From: Candidatus Levybacteria bacterium RIFCSPHIGHO2_01_FULL_37_17
Lineage (GTDB): Bacteria; Patescibacteriota; Microgenomatia; Levybacterales; UBA12049
Direction of reading: 5' to 3'
Assembly (NCBI GenBank): GCA_001782035.1
Contig: MFNL01000004.1
Coordinates: 9,290 to 73,289, forward strand
Length of the DNA: 64,000 bases
In this document: in pieces, positions 35,284 through 44,993 of the stretch
How the letters are laid out: every line of letters begins with the position of its first letter
Position numbering within the stretch: the stretch's first letter is position 1
Position numbers and translations under genes: made by a program
The notes under the pieces: model-generated
What the model was told of the DNA's origin: nothing
Database searches by the model: none
What the model saw: the letters and a program-made list of their open reading frames with translations, nothing else

Positions 35284-35994
35284 ATGTTAAACAAAATAAA
35301 GTTACTGGGAGTTGGTATAACAAAGGCAAGCGAGGAAGATATCTTAGAGTTTATTACTAAAGGTCTAGACAAAATTGGTGAAAAATATTATATCGTGACA
35401 CCAAACCCCGAAATTTTAGTGGTTGCCAACAAAAACTCATATTATAAAAAAGTGTTAAACGGTGCCAAAATAGCCTTACCCGATGGTATAGGGGTGGTCT
35501 GGGGTACTCGGATCATGGGTGAATGGCTTGAAGGGAGAATAACAGGTGTAGACTTCGTGAAAAGTCTGTGTAAACATATATCAAATCGGCCTATAACAGT
35601 AAGCTTTTTAGGGGGTGGCCCTAACGTAGCAGAGCTAACCGCTGAGTGCTTAAAGACCGAAAACAAGGGGTTAAAGGTCGTTTGGGCACAAAAAGAATGG
35701 CAAAATGCTCTAAAATTACAACGTACGGACATACTTTTTGTTGCATTTGGATCTCCAAAGCAGGAAATATGGATAAAAGAGCACTTAAAAGATGTTCCGG
35801 CAAGCGTTGTTATAGGGGTAGGGGGCGCATTTGATTTAATAAGTGGAAAAGTTTCAAGGGCACCAAGTGCGATTAGAGACATGGGATTTGAATGGCTTTA
35901 CCGATTGATCATACAACCTTGGAGAATTAAAAGGCAATTGTCACTTATAACATTTATATATTTAATAGTAAAAGAAAAGATTAAGACTTATTAA
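35284..35994 (+). CDS. WecB/TagA/CpsF-family (GT26) glycosyltransferase
   Basis: 236 aa; YIVTPNPEILV...AKIALPDGIGVVWG family signature. Confidence 0.75.
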   Translation: MLNKIKLLGVGITKASEEDILEFITKGLDKIGEKYYIVTPNPEILVVANKNSYYKKVLNGAKIALPDGIGVVWGTRIMGEWLEGRITGVDFVKSLCKHISNRPITVSFLGGGPNVAELTAECLKTENKGLKVVWAQKEWQNALKLQRTDILFVAFGSPKQEIWIKEHLKDVPASVVIGVGGAFDLISGKVSRAPSAIRDMGFEWLYRLIIQPWRIKRQLSLITFIYLIVKEKIKTY

Positions 35995-36624
35995 AAAGCA
36001 AATATCATTTTCACAAACGTTAAAACAAAAAAATATAAAACTCTTCGATTTAAAATTTCTTCGCAATTTACAAATTTAAAGAAAAGAAAGGGAAATTGAG
36101 CGCCAATAAAGTTGAAATACTATGATGTATTTAGGTAGCTTTAATAACATTAATATATAAATAGTTTATTATATTGAGGCTAATTTTAAAATAAGACCTA
36201 TAATAGTGCATTTAAAATTTGTTTAAAACTAGAATAAAAATCGAAATAGCAATTAATTAGAGGCTGTGAAGGATATTTACCGATTATTTACCGAATATTT
36301 AGTTTCGAACTTAATTTTATGAATATATCTACATTTTCACGTTGTTTTTAATATGCATTGCAATTTTAGTCTAAGTTGTTTAGAAGGAAAGTTTAAATAG
36401 GTGATTTTGCCAAATATGCTGATAAATAAATCTAATCGTCCTATTTAACTACGTAGCACTTTAATTTACTATTTGCTAAAATAGCTTTAAAATTACTTTA
36501 TTTTGCCTCAGTTTGATCATATTTTGCATTGCAGGGATTCAATTCACCTATTTCGATTATATTTCGTATTTTGATATCTATCTTTGTGCTTGCTTTTTTC
36601 ATTGAAATAATTTTGAATAAGTAT

Positions 36625-37485
36625 ATGGACTATAAATTGATAGAGGACGAAGGAGGGCGCTGGACAATACTCGCTCCTAAAAGGGCAAAGAGGCCAAATG
36701 AGGCGACCGGCACAGAACCGACTTGTCCCTTTTGCGTTGGGATGGTTGAGGGACGAGAAGAAGTTTTTAGAATTGGAAATAAAGACGCCTGGAGAGTAAT
36801 TGTAGTTAAAAATTCTTTTCCCTTTGCGCCAATCCATGAAGTAATAGTGCATTCTCCCGATCACCACAAAAGTTTTGATGAGCTTCCAATAAATCAGTCG
36901 GAAGAAATTTTAAAAGCATATAGAGAGCGTTTTAATACTCATAAGGATCAAGGAGCTGTAATTATTTTTAATAATCATGGCGAGCCCTCGGGAGAATCGC
37001 TTCCGCACCCTCACAGTCAGCTTGTGGTGCTTCCAGCAAATCTGAAACTGAATCTTGCACATCATGAGATTTCAAAAGGCAGCAAAACCAAAGAAACCCC
37101 GTACTTTAGCATATTTGCGCCAACAGAAAGTCAGTGGCCGGATGAGGTGTGGTTTTATCCAAAAGAACGCAATAAATTGTTTGGTGAAATTTCAGATGGG
37201 CAAATTCGTGATTTGGCAAAAAACCTTTATAGGCTAATCCAGATTATGGATCTGCGGCATGGACATGAATTTCCATATAACTTTATTATTTATCCGTATA
37301 AAGATTGGTATTTAAGACTTGTGCCAAGATATAAAATAATTGGGGGCTTTGAAGTTGGAACTGGTGTTTTTGTAAACACACAAGACCCAAAAGAAACTAT
37401 AGAATTTATCATCGAGCACTTTGACGCTCCGGATGAGCAGAAAATCAAATCGGCTCACAAAGCCTCTTACAGAAGGGGAGTATAA
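36625..37485 (+). CDS. Galactose-1-phosphate uridylyltransferase-like HIT-family nucleotidyltransferase (GalT-like). Start taken at ATG 36625
   Basis: RWTILAPKRAKRP N-terminal motif; CPFC zinc motif; HPHSQ (HxHxQ) active site LPHPHSQLVVLP. Confidence 0.65.
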   Translation: MDYKLIEDEGGRWTILAPKRAKRPNEATGTEPTCPFCVGMVEGREEVFRIGNKDAWRVIVVKNSFPFAPIHEVIVHSPDHHKSFDELPINQSEEILKAYRERFNTHKDQGAVIIFNNHGEPSGESLPHPHSQLVVLPANLKLNLAHHEISKGSKTKETPYFSIFAPTESQWPDEVWFYPKERNKLFGEISDGQIRDLAKNLYRLIQIMDLRHGHEFPYNFIIYPYKDWYLRLVPRYKIIGGFEVGTGVFVNTQDPKETIEFIIEHFDAPDEQKIKSAHKASYRRGV

Positions 37486-37493
37486 AATACCTC

Positions 37494-37522
37494 TTGACAA
37501 GTACTGTTATACTTAGTTATAT
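37494..37522 (+). promoter_or_regulatory. Promoter TTGACA-17-TTATAT upstream of the excisionase-like gene
   Basis: TTGACA at 37494-37499. Confidence 0.4.
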
Positions 37523-37563
37523 TGTAGATAATTAATGATCATATTGATTATTAAAAGAGCAGT

Positions 37564-37773
37564 ATGCCAGATCAACTTTCAATAAATAATCTGCCAGATC
37601 TTCTAACAGTACGGGAAGTTGCTCAAATTTTGCGCGTTTCCCCCTTAACTATTAAAAGATGGGGTAAAAGAGGAAAATTGCCCGCAATCAGAATTAACTC
37701 AAGAGGAGATAGACGCTACAAAAAAGAAGCAGTCCTCTGGCTTTTAGGAATTGCCGGCCCAACCACAGAATAG
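37564..37773 (+). CDS. Excisionase-family helix-turn-helix DNA-binding protein (Xis/AlpA-like)
   Basis: 69 aa; LLTVREVAQILRVSPLTIKRWGKRGKLPAIRINSRGDRRYKKEAV matches the excisionase-family HTH pattern (LLTV.EAA..L.VS..TI.R....G.LPA.RIG.R.RI). Confidence 0.65.
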   Translation: MPDQLSINNLPDLLTVREVAQILRVSPLTIKRWGKRGKLPAIRINSRGDRRYKKEAVLWLLGIAGPTTE

Positions 37774-37782
37774 GTTTATTCT

Positions 37783-37815
37783 CAACAAAAAACCGCCAAA
37801 ATGGCGGATTTTTGT
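37783..37815. terminator. Bidirectional rho-independent terminator between the convergent xis-like gene and rplL
   Basis: A-run, then stem CCGCCA (37793-37798), loop AAA, stem TGGCGG (37802-37807), then ATTTTTGT. Confidence 0.6.
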
Positions 37816-37831
37816 AAAGTAGAAACTAAAT

Positions 37832-38230
37832 TTACTTTAGCTCTACAGTAGCGCCTGCTGCAGTTAATTTTTCCTTAGCTTCATTTGCTGTTTGTTTGTT
37901 AACTGCTGTCATTACTTCTTTTGGAGCTGTATCTACCAATGCTTTTGCATCGGCGAGTCCCAAAGTTGGAACTAATTCTCTAATCACTTTAATTACTGCA
38001 ATTTTGTTTGCTCCACCTGAGGCAAGCATTACATTAAATACAGTTTGTTCGCTAACTTCTTCTCCTGCTTCAGCTGATGCTGCTGCTCCTGCCTGCGCCG
38101 GTGCGGCTGCAACCATTGATTGAGCAGAAACTCCAAACTTCTCCTCGAGTTTCTTTACAAATTCCGAAAGTTCGAGAACTGACATTTCTTCAACTGCTTT
38201 TAAAAGATCTTCTTGATTTACTTTTGCCAT
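37832..38230 (-). CDS. rplL: 50S ribosomal protein L7/L12
   Basis: MAKVNQEDLLKAVEEMSVLELSEFVKKLEEKFGV...; the ATG overlaps the TGA stop of rplJ. Confidence 0.9.
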   Translation of the reverse strand: MAKVNQEDLLKAVEEMSVLELSEFVKKLEEKFGVSAQSMVAAAPAQAGAAASAEAGEEVSEQTVFNVMLASGGANKIAVIKVIRELVPTLGLADAKALVDTAPKEVMTAVNKQTANEAKEKLTAAGATVELK

Positions 38231-38934
38231 CAATTCTCACCTCCTTTATGATCTGTTTCTTGATTTTCAGGTTGTTCAGCTGCTTTTTCTTCTGCTGTTT
38301 CTGCAAGTATTGTTTCAGGTTCTTTTTCTTCCTGAGCAGTAGCTTTTAGTGGTTGTTGAGGAGCAGGTTCTGATATCGGCTCGGGCGCAGGGGCTACATC
38401 CGCAGGTTTTGCTTGAGCTACGACATTTAAAGTCATTACAAGTTTTTGCAAATTCCAGTTTAAAGCACGGTGAAGACCTGTAATAGGGGATTTAAGGCCA
38501 AAAACAAGCTGGGTAAGCAAAACTTCTTTGGTAGGAAGCGTGGAAAGCTTAAGAATCTGCTCGCCGGTTATAAAATCGCCTTCCATTATTCCAAACCTTA
38601 CATTGGGTAAATTAAGTTCTTTAATTACTTTTGCAAGTGCTTTAAGAGGGGCAATAATGTCGTTATATAAAAATAAAGTACCGGTTTGTCCATCTAATGC
38701 GTACTCTCCTTCTAGTTTTTTGTCAGTTGCCCTTACTAAAAGCGAATTTTTAGCAACGACAAATTCGGATTCTGCCTTTTTAAGCTCTTTTTTTAGGCCC
38801 TCTATTTGCTTGTGAGTGAGTCCGGCATAGTTTGTAAAAACAACAGCCTTAGCTTTGCCAAACTTATCGGAAAGAGAAGATACTATTGCCATTTTCTTTT
38901 CTCTATTTTTGCTTACTTTTGGTTCGTTGCTCAT
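38230..38934 (-). CDS. rplJ: 50S ribosomal protein L10 with a Pro/Ala/Glu-rich C-terminal extension of about 70 aa. Start taken at ATG 38934 (MSNEPK...)
   Basis: KKMAIVSSLSDKFGKAKAVVFTNYAGLTHKQIEGLKKELKKAESEFVVAKNSLLVRA aligns to the L10 N-terminal region. TGA stop at 38230-38232. Confidence 0.85.
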   Translation of the reverse strand: MSNEPKVSKNREKKMAIVSSLSDKFGKAKAVVFTNYAGLTHKQIEGLKKELKKAESEFVVAKNSLLVRATDKKLEGEYALDGQTGTLFLYNDIIAPLKALAKVIKELNLPNVRFGIMEGDFITGEQILKLSTLPTKEVLLTQLVFGLKSPITGLHRALNWNLQKLVMTLNVVAQAKPADVAPAPEPISEPAPQQPLKATAQEEKEPETILAETAEEKAAEQPENQETDHKGGEN

Positions 38935-38940
38935 AAAATA

Positions 38941-38966
38941 AAAAAACACTCCTAAAACAGAGTGTT
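38941..38966 (-). promoter_or_regulatory. Hairpin plus U-tract immediately upstream of the rplJ start codon. A candidate L10-leader attenuator that sequesters the GGAG Shine-Dalgarno
   Basis: Minus strand reads AACACTC TGTTTTAG GAGTGTT TTTTATTTT ATG. The 3' stem arm contains GGAGTG 13 nt before the ATG. Confidence 0.45.
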
Positions 38967-39276
38967 AACGAGTTCTAAGATTGAACTCTAGTTTACCGCT
39001 CGACAGGTCTTATTTTTGCGCCTGTTGTCTTAGGTTAAACCATTTTAACAAAGGCTTGTTAAAACGTCAAGTCAGGATTTTTGCCTCGAAGATATTCTTT
39101 TTCAATCTTAGGAGGAATAGGGCGGAATTGAACAGTATCTTTTTCTGGTGTTTTTACAGCAGCATTAAAAACAGGTACTTTTTCGGTCCAAGAACGTAAA
39201 TTTGATATAACTCTTTCTATCATAACTTGAGGTGGTATTATAACTTATAACTCAATAAATTACAATCTGTTACAGT

Positions 39277-40266
39277 TTAAAGCCAGCCAAAAATCGGATC
39301 ATTAAAGTTATCAGGGCGGCTGTTTGTTGCTATTCCAGGCTGGTATCCAATGTAGAAATCAATTTCTCCTTTTTGTAAATCACATTTTTCTGTTTGATCC
39401 AGAATAATTTTGGCAATTTCATGAGTGGAACTCATTGGCATTTCCAATGACTCATTAGAGCTTAATCTGTTAAGAGCTTCAAAGACCGGGCGAAACTTGT
39501 CAATTAGATCTCCGGCATCAGTCCCTCTTAGTAAGGGAGCTATAAAATCTATGAATGTTGCGCCAGTTATCCTTGCTAAATCTCTAAGAGCAAGACTGCC
39601 ATCTGCTTTCGTTGCGCCAACCGGATAATAAAACCAAGGACCAGAATATTCTGATTTCCTCTGTGCGTATTTAGAAATAGTGCTGTCTAAAACTACAATT
39701 TTGGAATTTGAGTTAATGTTTCCATTCTCAGCTAGAGCTCTTGCAAGTCTTAAGGTAGAATCTGCATTTGTGTGCAGGCCTGTAAGAATTGATTCGGGAA
39801 GGCTCATAAGCTCTTCGAGTTCTTGGGTTTCTTTTTTAGCTAAATCTATAGGAATTTTTCCATGAAGTTCTAATTCTTTTTGTAATCTTAAAATAGCCAA
39901 TCCAACTTTTCTTTTTGTTGTTATAAATCCTTCTGCGGCAAGAGCAAAAAGGTCTATGGCCTGTCTTTCTGAAAGCCCCATTTCTAAATAGGCGTCTTGG
40001 ACTTGGTCCGGTTTATTAAGGTCTGCAACAAATGGTTTTATCTGCCCAGTGCTATTTGCTGCAACCTCGTCATACAAAGATTCGAATTTCGCCCAAGATC
40101 TTGTTCCAACATATACTGTATAGCCTTTGGCAGCCATAAGTTTTACGATCTCGGCTCCCGTTTTTCCTCCTCCGCCTAATAGCAGTACCGGATTCTTTGA
40201 TTGGGGTTCGCGTTCTGTTGCAACTGTTTGTTCAAATGGAATTGTTTTTCTTGTTTCAGCGCTCAT
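39277..40266 (-). CDS. Rossmann-fold NAD(P)-binding protein (saccharopine-dehydrogenase-like N-terminus); function unknown
   Basis: 329 aa; PVLLLGGGGKTGAEIVKLMAAKGYTVYVGTRS dinucleotide-binding motif. Lies between the rplA fragment and rplJ. Confidence 0.5.
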   Translation of the reverse strand: MSAETRKTIPFEQTVATEREPQSKNPVLLLGGGGKTGAEIVKLMAAKGYTVYVGTRSWAKFESLYDEVAANSTGQIKPFVADLNKPDQVQDAYLEMGLSERQAIDLFALAAEGFITTKRKVGLAILRLQKELELHGKIPIDLAKKETQELEELMSLPESILTGLHTNADSTLRLARALAENGNINSNSKIVVLDSTISKYAQRKSEYSGPWFYYPVGATKADGSLALRDLARITGATFIDFIAPLLRGTDAGDLIDKFRPVFEALNRLSSNESLEMPMSSTHEIAKIILDQTEKCDLQKGEIDFYIGYQPGIATNSRPDNFNDPIFGWL

Positions 40267-40313
40267 ATAAGTTAGCGACAGTAGAATATATCAAAGTATA
40301 GCAGGTAAGTCAA

Positions 40314-40694
40314 TTAAGCCCCAATTTTAATCCCGGGGCTCATTGTGGATTTGAGTATAATGCTTACAATATTGTCTTTTTTTACTGCCGAAATCATAGC
40401 TTCGATATTTTCTGAAAGTTTATCAGTGCCAAAAGACATTTTGCCAACTGTTAAGTGCATAATAGGGTTTTTGGCTTCAGTTTTAAAGTTAATCTGCCCG
40501 CTTTCGTATGCAGCCTTTGAAATTAGAAAGTTAGGTTTTATTGAAAAGATATGGTATATTTTTGGCGCGGGAAGAATTGCGAGGGTAAAGTTGACGGTGG
40601 AATTTGCATAAGACTTATTTGTATGAGCAGAAAAAAGCATTAGAATAATAACTATAATCAAAAACTTTAATAAAAAAAATCTTATTCCTGCCAT
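40314..40694 (-). pseudogene. Chimeric ORF whose C-terminal 60 codons are a duplicated rplA 3' end (remnant copy)
   Basis: The 126-aa ORF ends ...YESGQINFKTEAKNPIMHLTVGKMSFGTDKLSENIEAMISAVKKDNIVSIILKSTMSPGIKIGA. This is near-identical to the rplA C-terminus. Its N-terminal 60 aa are unrelated and hydrophobic. Confidence 0.7.
40321..40500. repeat. Direct repeat copy A (about 180 bp) of the rplA 3' end
   Basis: 40330-40472 is identical to 45010-45152 (143 bp exact). Identity decays with scattered mismatches out to 40321 and 40500. Confidence 0.85.
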
Positions 40695-40861
40695 AAAATT
40701 TCTCCTTGCTTTGAAGGACAGAAGAAAAATCTAAAGTAATAGTCTTAAGCATTTTGTACCAGTACGTAATATTAACTATCAATTATTTATTCAAAGAAAG
40801 GTTAAGAGATAATACTATCTTAATTTAAAGTTGTAAAGAGGAATAAAACAATCAAAAGTGG

Positions 40862-43120
40862 TCAGTTTGCTGTTACAGTTATGGTCATTTCTATTGTATA
40901 ACTTCCGGCGGTTTGCTCTGCGGGAATAGTTTGACTAATACTTGTTCCTGTTAAATCCCAATAACAATTTGTTCCGGCAGATGCCCCGGCAGTTAACAAA
41001 GTTATAGAATCAGTTACTCCTTGAGAAAATGAACCTTGTGATCCCAAAGAAAGACCGGTATTATTGCATCCCGACTTTGGCGTTATAGTCGCTCCGGTAG
41101 GATCAATGCTCATTTGCCCCCCATAACTGTCTGCATCTCCTCCATCTCCTGCCTGAGCAGTTGGGTCGTTGAAATCATATTTAGGAGTTCCCGATGACCA
41201 TAAGGCAGTAGGGCCTGCGTTTGCTGCAACCGTTAATGTCCATTGTGCATTTCCGGTGGAATTATCTACTCTAATTTTTTCAGAAGATATGCCAAAAGTT
41301 CCCGTTGTTGTTTGATAAATAAGATTAAATATTTTTGTCGTCATTGTAAGAGTAGGACTTGTTACAGGATCTCCGTTAGAATCCACTATATCGGCAGAAA
41401 GAGTTCCCCCCGCCGACTGAATTGTAATCACTCCTGAGGAATAGGCACTGACTTGCGGATTAAAACCGTCACTCGTGATACCGTAAACATAGTAATCGCC
41501 CGGGGTCACGCCTGTAGTGTCCCAAGAGCAAGTTGAGTTAGTTCCTTCGGCTGCACTAGCGCAAGCGCCGGAAATAGCCACACCATCAAGGCCGGAATTG
41601 TTTGTATCGTAATAAAACGCTGCGGTAACTACATCGTCGGTGTCTGCTAATGTATAAGTAATGTTATAAGAATCACCTACAGTTACCGTGTCGCCAGTTC
41701 CATCCGGCTGGGAAATACTTAATGTTGGAGCAGGATTTGCTACCTGAACCGCAATACTTAAAGCATAATAAGTTGTATTAGCTACCTTATCCCAGGTAGT
41801 TGCCACTAAATCCGTCCCGTCTGTAGAGTAGGTATTTGAAGTATCGCTGAACCAGCCCGTTGCATTAGTGGCGGCTTGAACAGTTGTATCTGTAGAGTCT
41901 TGGCGAAGAATAAAAGTTCCTCCACTTGATTCTGCTCCTTGATAAGCTGAAAGGCGGGAAAAAGAAGCTGCAAATCCTAGTGAGAATTGGGCTAGACTTT
42001 CCGCTACATTAAGAGACACCATTCTGCCTCCCAGATATTGAGGTTGATTGTCCACAGCAAATACCGCACCTCCCGTATTGCCTAAAGCAAGGAAAGAAAT
42101 TCCGCCTGAACTATCATAAAGCTCTACCATAATATTTTGGACTGTTAGCGTGCCTGTGTCTGTTAATGTGGTAGATTGAAAGGAGAGTTTGTCTCCGTCA
42201 TTTACCACTTTAGTATTTGAGGTATCCTCTTTAAGCCCCGTTTGTCCTGAACTATAAGTTACCGATGGAGCGGTTCCCGATCCTGTTGCTCCGCTTATGG
42301 TAAAGGTTGTATCCGTTGTTCGTGTATTTGCCGAGACAAAAACTTGAATATTTCGGATGGTTACAGTTCCTGTAGGTATTTTAATTAAAGTCTCACCTAT
42401 TGCCTGAGTGGTTGTTTTGGTAGAAGTTCCTCCTAAATGTCGGTAGGCTGTTTCCGAGGCTACCGTATAAGCTAAAGAACCCGATGCTCCCAATCGGGAT
42501 ACAGTTCCTGTTGATGGAGTAAATACAAATCCTATGTAGGTAAAAGTCCAGTTGGAATTACCCGATCCACCAGAGGCTACATATAAAGCAATCGTGTCCC
42601 CTGCGGAAACTGAAAGTGTGTGGGTACTATCTACTAGCTCTCCTGCCCCAACAGGAGAACCTCCTGGAGCCAGTGTAAGCTTGGGGTCGTTTGCTCCGTT
42701 TGCCTCACTGCCGTTTTTATAAAAAGCAACTCTAGGGTCAGAAGCAGTCCTATTTCCGCTCTTTATATTGGCCGAAAGATAAGAAATAGTCCCAGCAGTT
42801 CTGAAAGTTACGACCTTATTGGCGTGGTCGTCTAAACCCAGAATTAAATCTCCAGTAAAAGGGGAAGCAAAATAGTTCCTGTTTGTAGGGGCTACCGCTA
42901 CTCCATTAAGGTCGGACTGGATTATTCGGGAAGGGTATGCTGACGCAGCCAGTGATTGTGGAATTAGTGGCGGTATTGCAGTGTTTTTCCAAACATGTGG
43001 CCAGCCTGAAAAAATCCATGCGAAAATTAAAAGGAAAATATAAACTTTCCGCCAAATATGATATTGCGCAGAATGGGATGATTTATTTGTCCGTTGGTGG
43101 AACTTTAATTTTGTCATTTT
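40862..43120 (-). CDS. Large secreted Thr/Ser/Gly-rich surface protein with a WxL-like C-terminal domain (NAQWTLTVAAN ... NCYWDLTGTSISQTIPAEQTAGSYTIEMTITVTAN)
   Basis: Track ORF 40862-43195 (777 aa). Start moved to Met26 (MTKLKF, nt 43120) to reduce overlap with the upstream gene; a signal-peptide-like segment follows. Confidence 0.6.
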   Translation of the reverse strand, partial: KMTKLKFHQRTNKSSHSAQYHIWRKVYIFLLIFAWIFSGWPHVWKNTAIPPLIPQSLAASAYPSRIIQSDLNGVAVAPTNRNYFASPFTGDLILGLDDHANKVVTFRTAGTISYLSANIKSGNRTASDPRVAFYKNGSEANGANDPKLTLAPGGSPVGAGELVDSTHTLSVSAGDTIALYVASGGSGNSNWTFTYIGFVFTPSTGTVSRLGASGSLAYTVASETAYRHLGGTSTKTTTQAIGETLIKIPTGTVTIRNIQVFVSANTRTTDTTFTISGATGSGTAPSVTYSSGQTGLKEDTSNTKVVNDGDKLSFQSTTLTDTGTLTVQNIMVELYDSSGGISFLALGNTGGAVFAVDNQPQYLGGRMVSLNVAESLAQFSLGFAASFSRLSAYQGAESSGGTFILRQDSTDTTVQAATNATGWFSDTSNTYSTDGTDLVATTWDKVANTTYYALSIAVQVANPAPTLSISQPDGTGDTVTVGDSYNITYTLADTDDVVTAAFYYDTNNSGLDGVAISGACASAAEGTNSTCSWDTTGVTPGDYYVYGITSDGFNPQVSAYSSGVITIQSAGGTLSADIVDSNGDPVTSPTLTMTTKIFNLIYQTTTGTFGISSEKIRVDNSTGNAQWTLTVAANAGPTALWSSGTPKYDFNDPTAQAGDGGDADSYGGQMSIDPTGATITPKSGCNNTGLSLGSQGSFSQGVTDSITLLTAGASAGTNCYWDLTGTSISQTIPAEQTAGSYTIEMTITVTAN

Positions 43121-44213
43121 CCTCGACTGTATAAGGAGGTTTGAGTTTATTGACTTTAGCAAGTAGTTTCCAGGAAACACTATGTTTTTTGGCAATAGAA
43201 TTTATATCCTCGCCAGCAATTACCGTATACTCCATCCAATGTTTTTTAATCCATCTTTTGCGTTTCCATGATAGCAAAAATATAACAATACAAACAATCA
43301 AGAACAAAAGAATTGAGGCTTCAATTGCAGCTGCCGCCGGAGTAGGAAGGCTAAAAAATATAATTGGTGAACCAGTAAGCCGAGCTAATTCCTTACCGCT
43401 TTTTACTCCAACACTTGCTTCTTTATTGGCATCGTATTCTACAACCAATTCAGACTTATACCAACCTCCCCAGAAGGGTTTTTTGAGTTCGAAGTTCCAC
43501 TCAGACGTTTGGTCTCTTAAAATTACATATTCTCCTCCGGCTTTTGCATAGTCAAGACCGAAGATATATTTAGTTGTCACGAATACATTTGTATCAATTG
43601 AAACGTTTCCTATGTTTTTTACCCTTGGTTGAAGTGTATAATCTTCTTTATTTTGCAATATATTGAAATTAACAATTTCAAGTTTTCTTACTATTTCCCC
43701 GGGTACCGTTAGCACCACCCGCAATCCTGTTCTAGTAGAAATAACAGCTCCGGATTGATTTTCCTGTTTTTTCTTTTTTTCTTGGATTAAAATGCAGCCA
43801 TTGTGTTCACCAACGCTGGCATTTTTTGGAACTGTTATATTAAAATCAACAATTTCATTGGTTTTAGGATCAAGAGTAACTTCGGTTTTATCCAGCTTTA
43901 TCCATGAGCCTACTTCAATTTTTTGCTCGGAAAATTGCTTACACGCAAAAGCTCCTCCTGTTGAAGGGGTTGAATCTGTTGCATATATTAATAGCGTTTT
44001 TCTTTCAGCGCTATTGTTAATAACAAGAAGTCCGTCTTTAACAGACTCCCCAGGAGTTAAGCCGTGAATGAATATCGATTCCGTGCGCGCCAGCTCCGGT
44101 CTAGGATAGGCAGGACGACCTCCAATGCCTCCGTATTCTATGGCAAACGCCTGTAAATTAAATATAAATATAAAAAAAACAGCAGAAGCTGTTAATCCGA
44201 GTTTACGTTTCAT
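43083..44213 (-). CDS. CscA/DUF916-like surface protein with a C-terminal TM and a cytoplasmic LysM domain
   Basis: 376 aa; signal peptide; VGSWIKLDKTEVTLDPKTNEIVDFNITVPKNASVGEHNGCILIQE, the motif shared with ORFs 12783-13754 and 15266-16297; TM ILLFLIVCIVIFLL; LysM-like YTVIAGEDINSIAKKHSVSWKLLAKVNKLKPPYTVEENDKIKVP. Confidence 0.6.
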   Translation of the reverse strand: MKRKLGLTASAVFFIFIFNLQAFAIEYGGIGGRPAYPRPELARTESIFIHGLTPGESVKDGLLVINNSAERKTLLIYATDSTPSTGGAFACKQFSEQKIEVGSWIKLDKTEVTLDPKTNEIVDFNITVPKNASVGEHNGCILIQEKKKKQENQSGAVISTRTGLRVVLTVPGEIVRKLEIVNFNILQNKEDYTLQPRVKNIGNVSIDTNVFVTTKYIFGLDYAKAGGEYVILRDQTSEWNFELKKPFWGGWYKSELVVEYDANKEASVGVKSGKELARLTGSPIIFFSLPTPAAAAIEASILLFLIVCIVIFLLSWKRKRWIKKHWMEYTVIAGEDINSIAKKHSVSWKLLAKVNKLKPPYTVEENDKIKVPPTDK

Positions 44214-44217
44214 AGAT

Positions 44218-44925
44218 TTAACTAGCTACGACGGAGAGAGTCAAATTAATATCGTAATCACTAGCTGCTGGCTGTTCGGCTGGAACCTTTTGGCTAATGG
44301 ATACACCTGTCAGTTTCCAGTCTCCAATATCATCGGAACTGGCTGCTCCGGTTAAAACTGTGATCGAATCAACGGTTCCTTCGTTAAAAGCATTGCTGCT
44401 TCCCTTGGTAATATTGGTTGTTGCGCAGCTTGCGCATTGTCCAACCGCAAGTGTTCCAACGGATGGATCAACAGTCATCTGACCTTTTAACGAATCGGTA
44501 TCAGCTCCATCTGCGCATCCTGCAGGACTTCCAGTAGGATCATTAAAATCCATATCGGTACCACCGCTGTCCCAAAAATCAGTAGGGTCGGAAGCTGCAA
44601 GACTAGCCACCCAGCCATCATCTGCAGCATCGGGATTGGTTACATAAATAACTTGCGAAGCGGTACCAAAAGTACCTGTTGAAGTTTGGCAGCTAAAGCT
44701 GAAAGTGACTGCTCCCATGGCTACCGCAGGGCTACTAACAGTTACATAGCTTGCGTCGACTATATCAACTGCAAGTGAGCCCGCATTAATAGTTTGAGTA
44801 AAATTTGAAGTTGCGGAGGCAAATACCTGTGACAAAAAGCTGATAGAACTTATATAGACTACAAAAAATATAAATATAAGTCTTTTGTTGTCTAATAAAA
44901 ACTCTCTTAAAGTATAAGAAATCAT
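44218..44925 (-). CDS. Small secreted WxL-like surface protein
   Basis: 235 aa; signal peptide; GWVASLAAS ... DWKLTGVSISQKVPAEQPAASDYDINLTLSVVAS parallels the C-terminus of the 777-aa protein. Confidence 0.55.
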   Translation of the reverse strand: MISYTLREFLLDNKRLIFIFFVVYISSISFLSQVFASATSNFTQTINAGSLAVDIVDASYVTVSSPAVAMGAVTFSFSCQTSTGTFGTASQVIYVTNPDAADDGWVASLAASDPTDFWDSGGTDMDFNDPTGSPAGCADGADTDSLKGQMTVDPSVGTLAVGQCASCATTNITKGSSNAFNEGTVDSITVLTGAASSDDIGDWKLTGVSISQKVPAEQPAASDYDINLTLSVVAS

Positions 44926-44993
44926 CCCCTAATATTAGTGAAACACTTTTGATCACGAAATGCAAGTCATAAGATTAGCTTAATTGGTCTACT

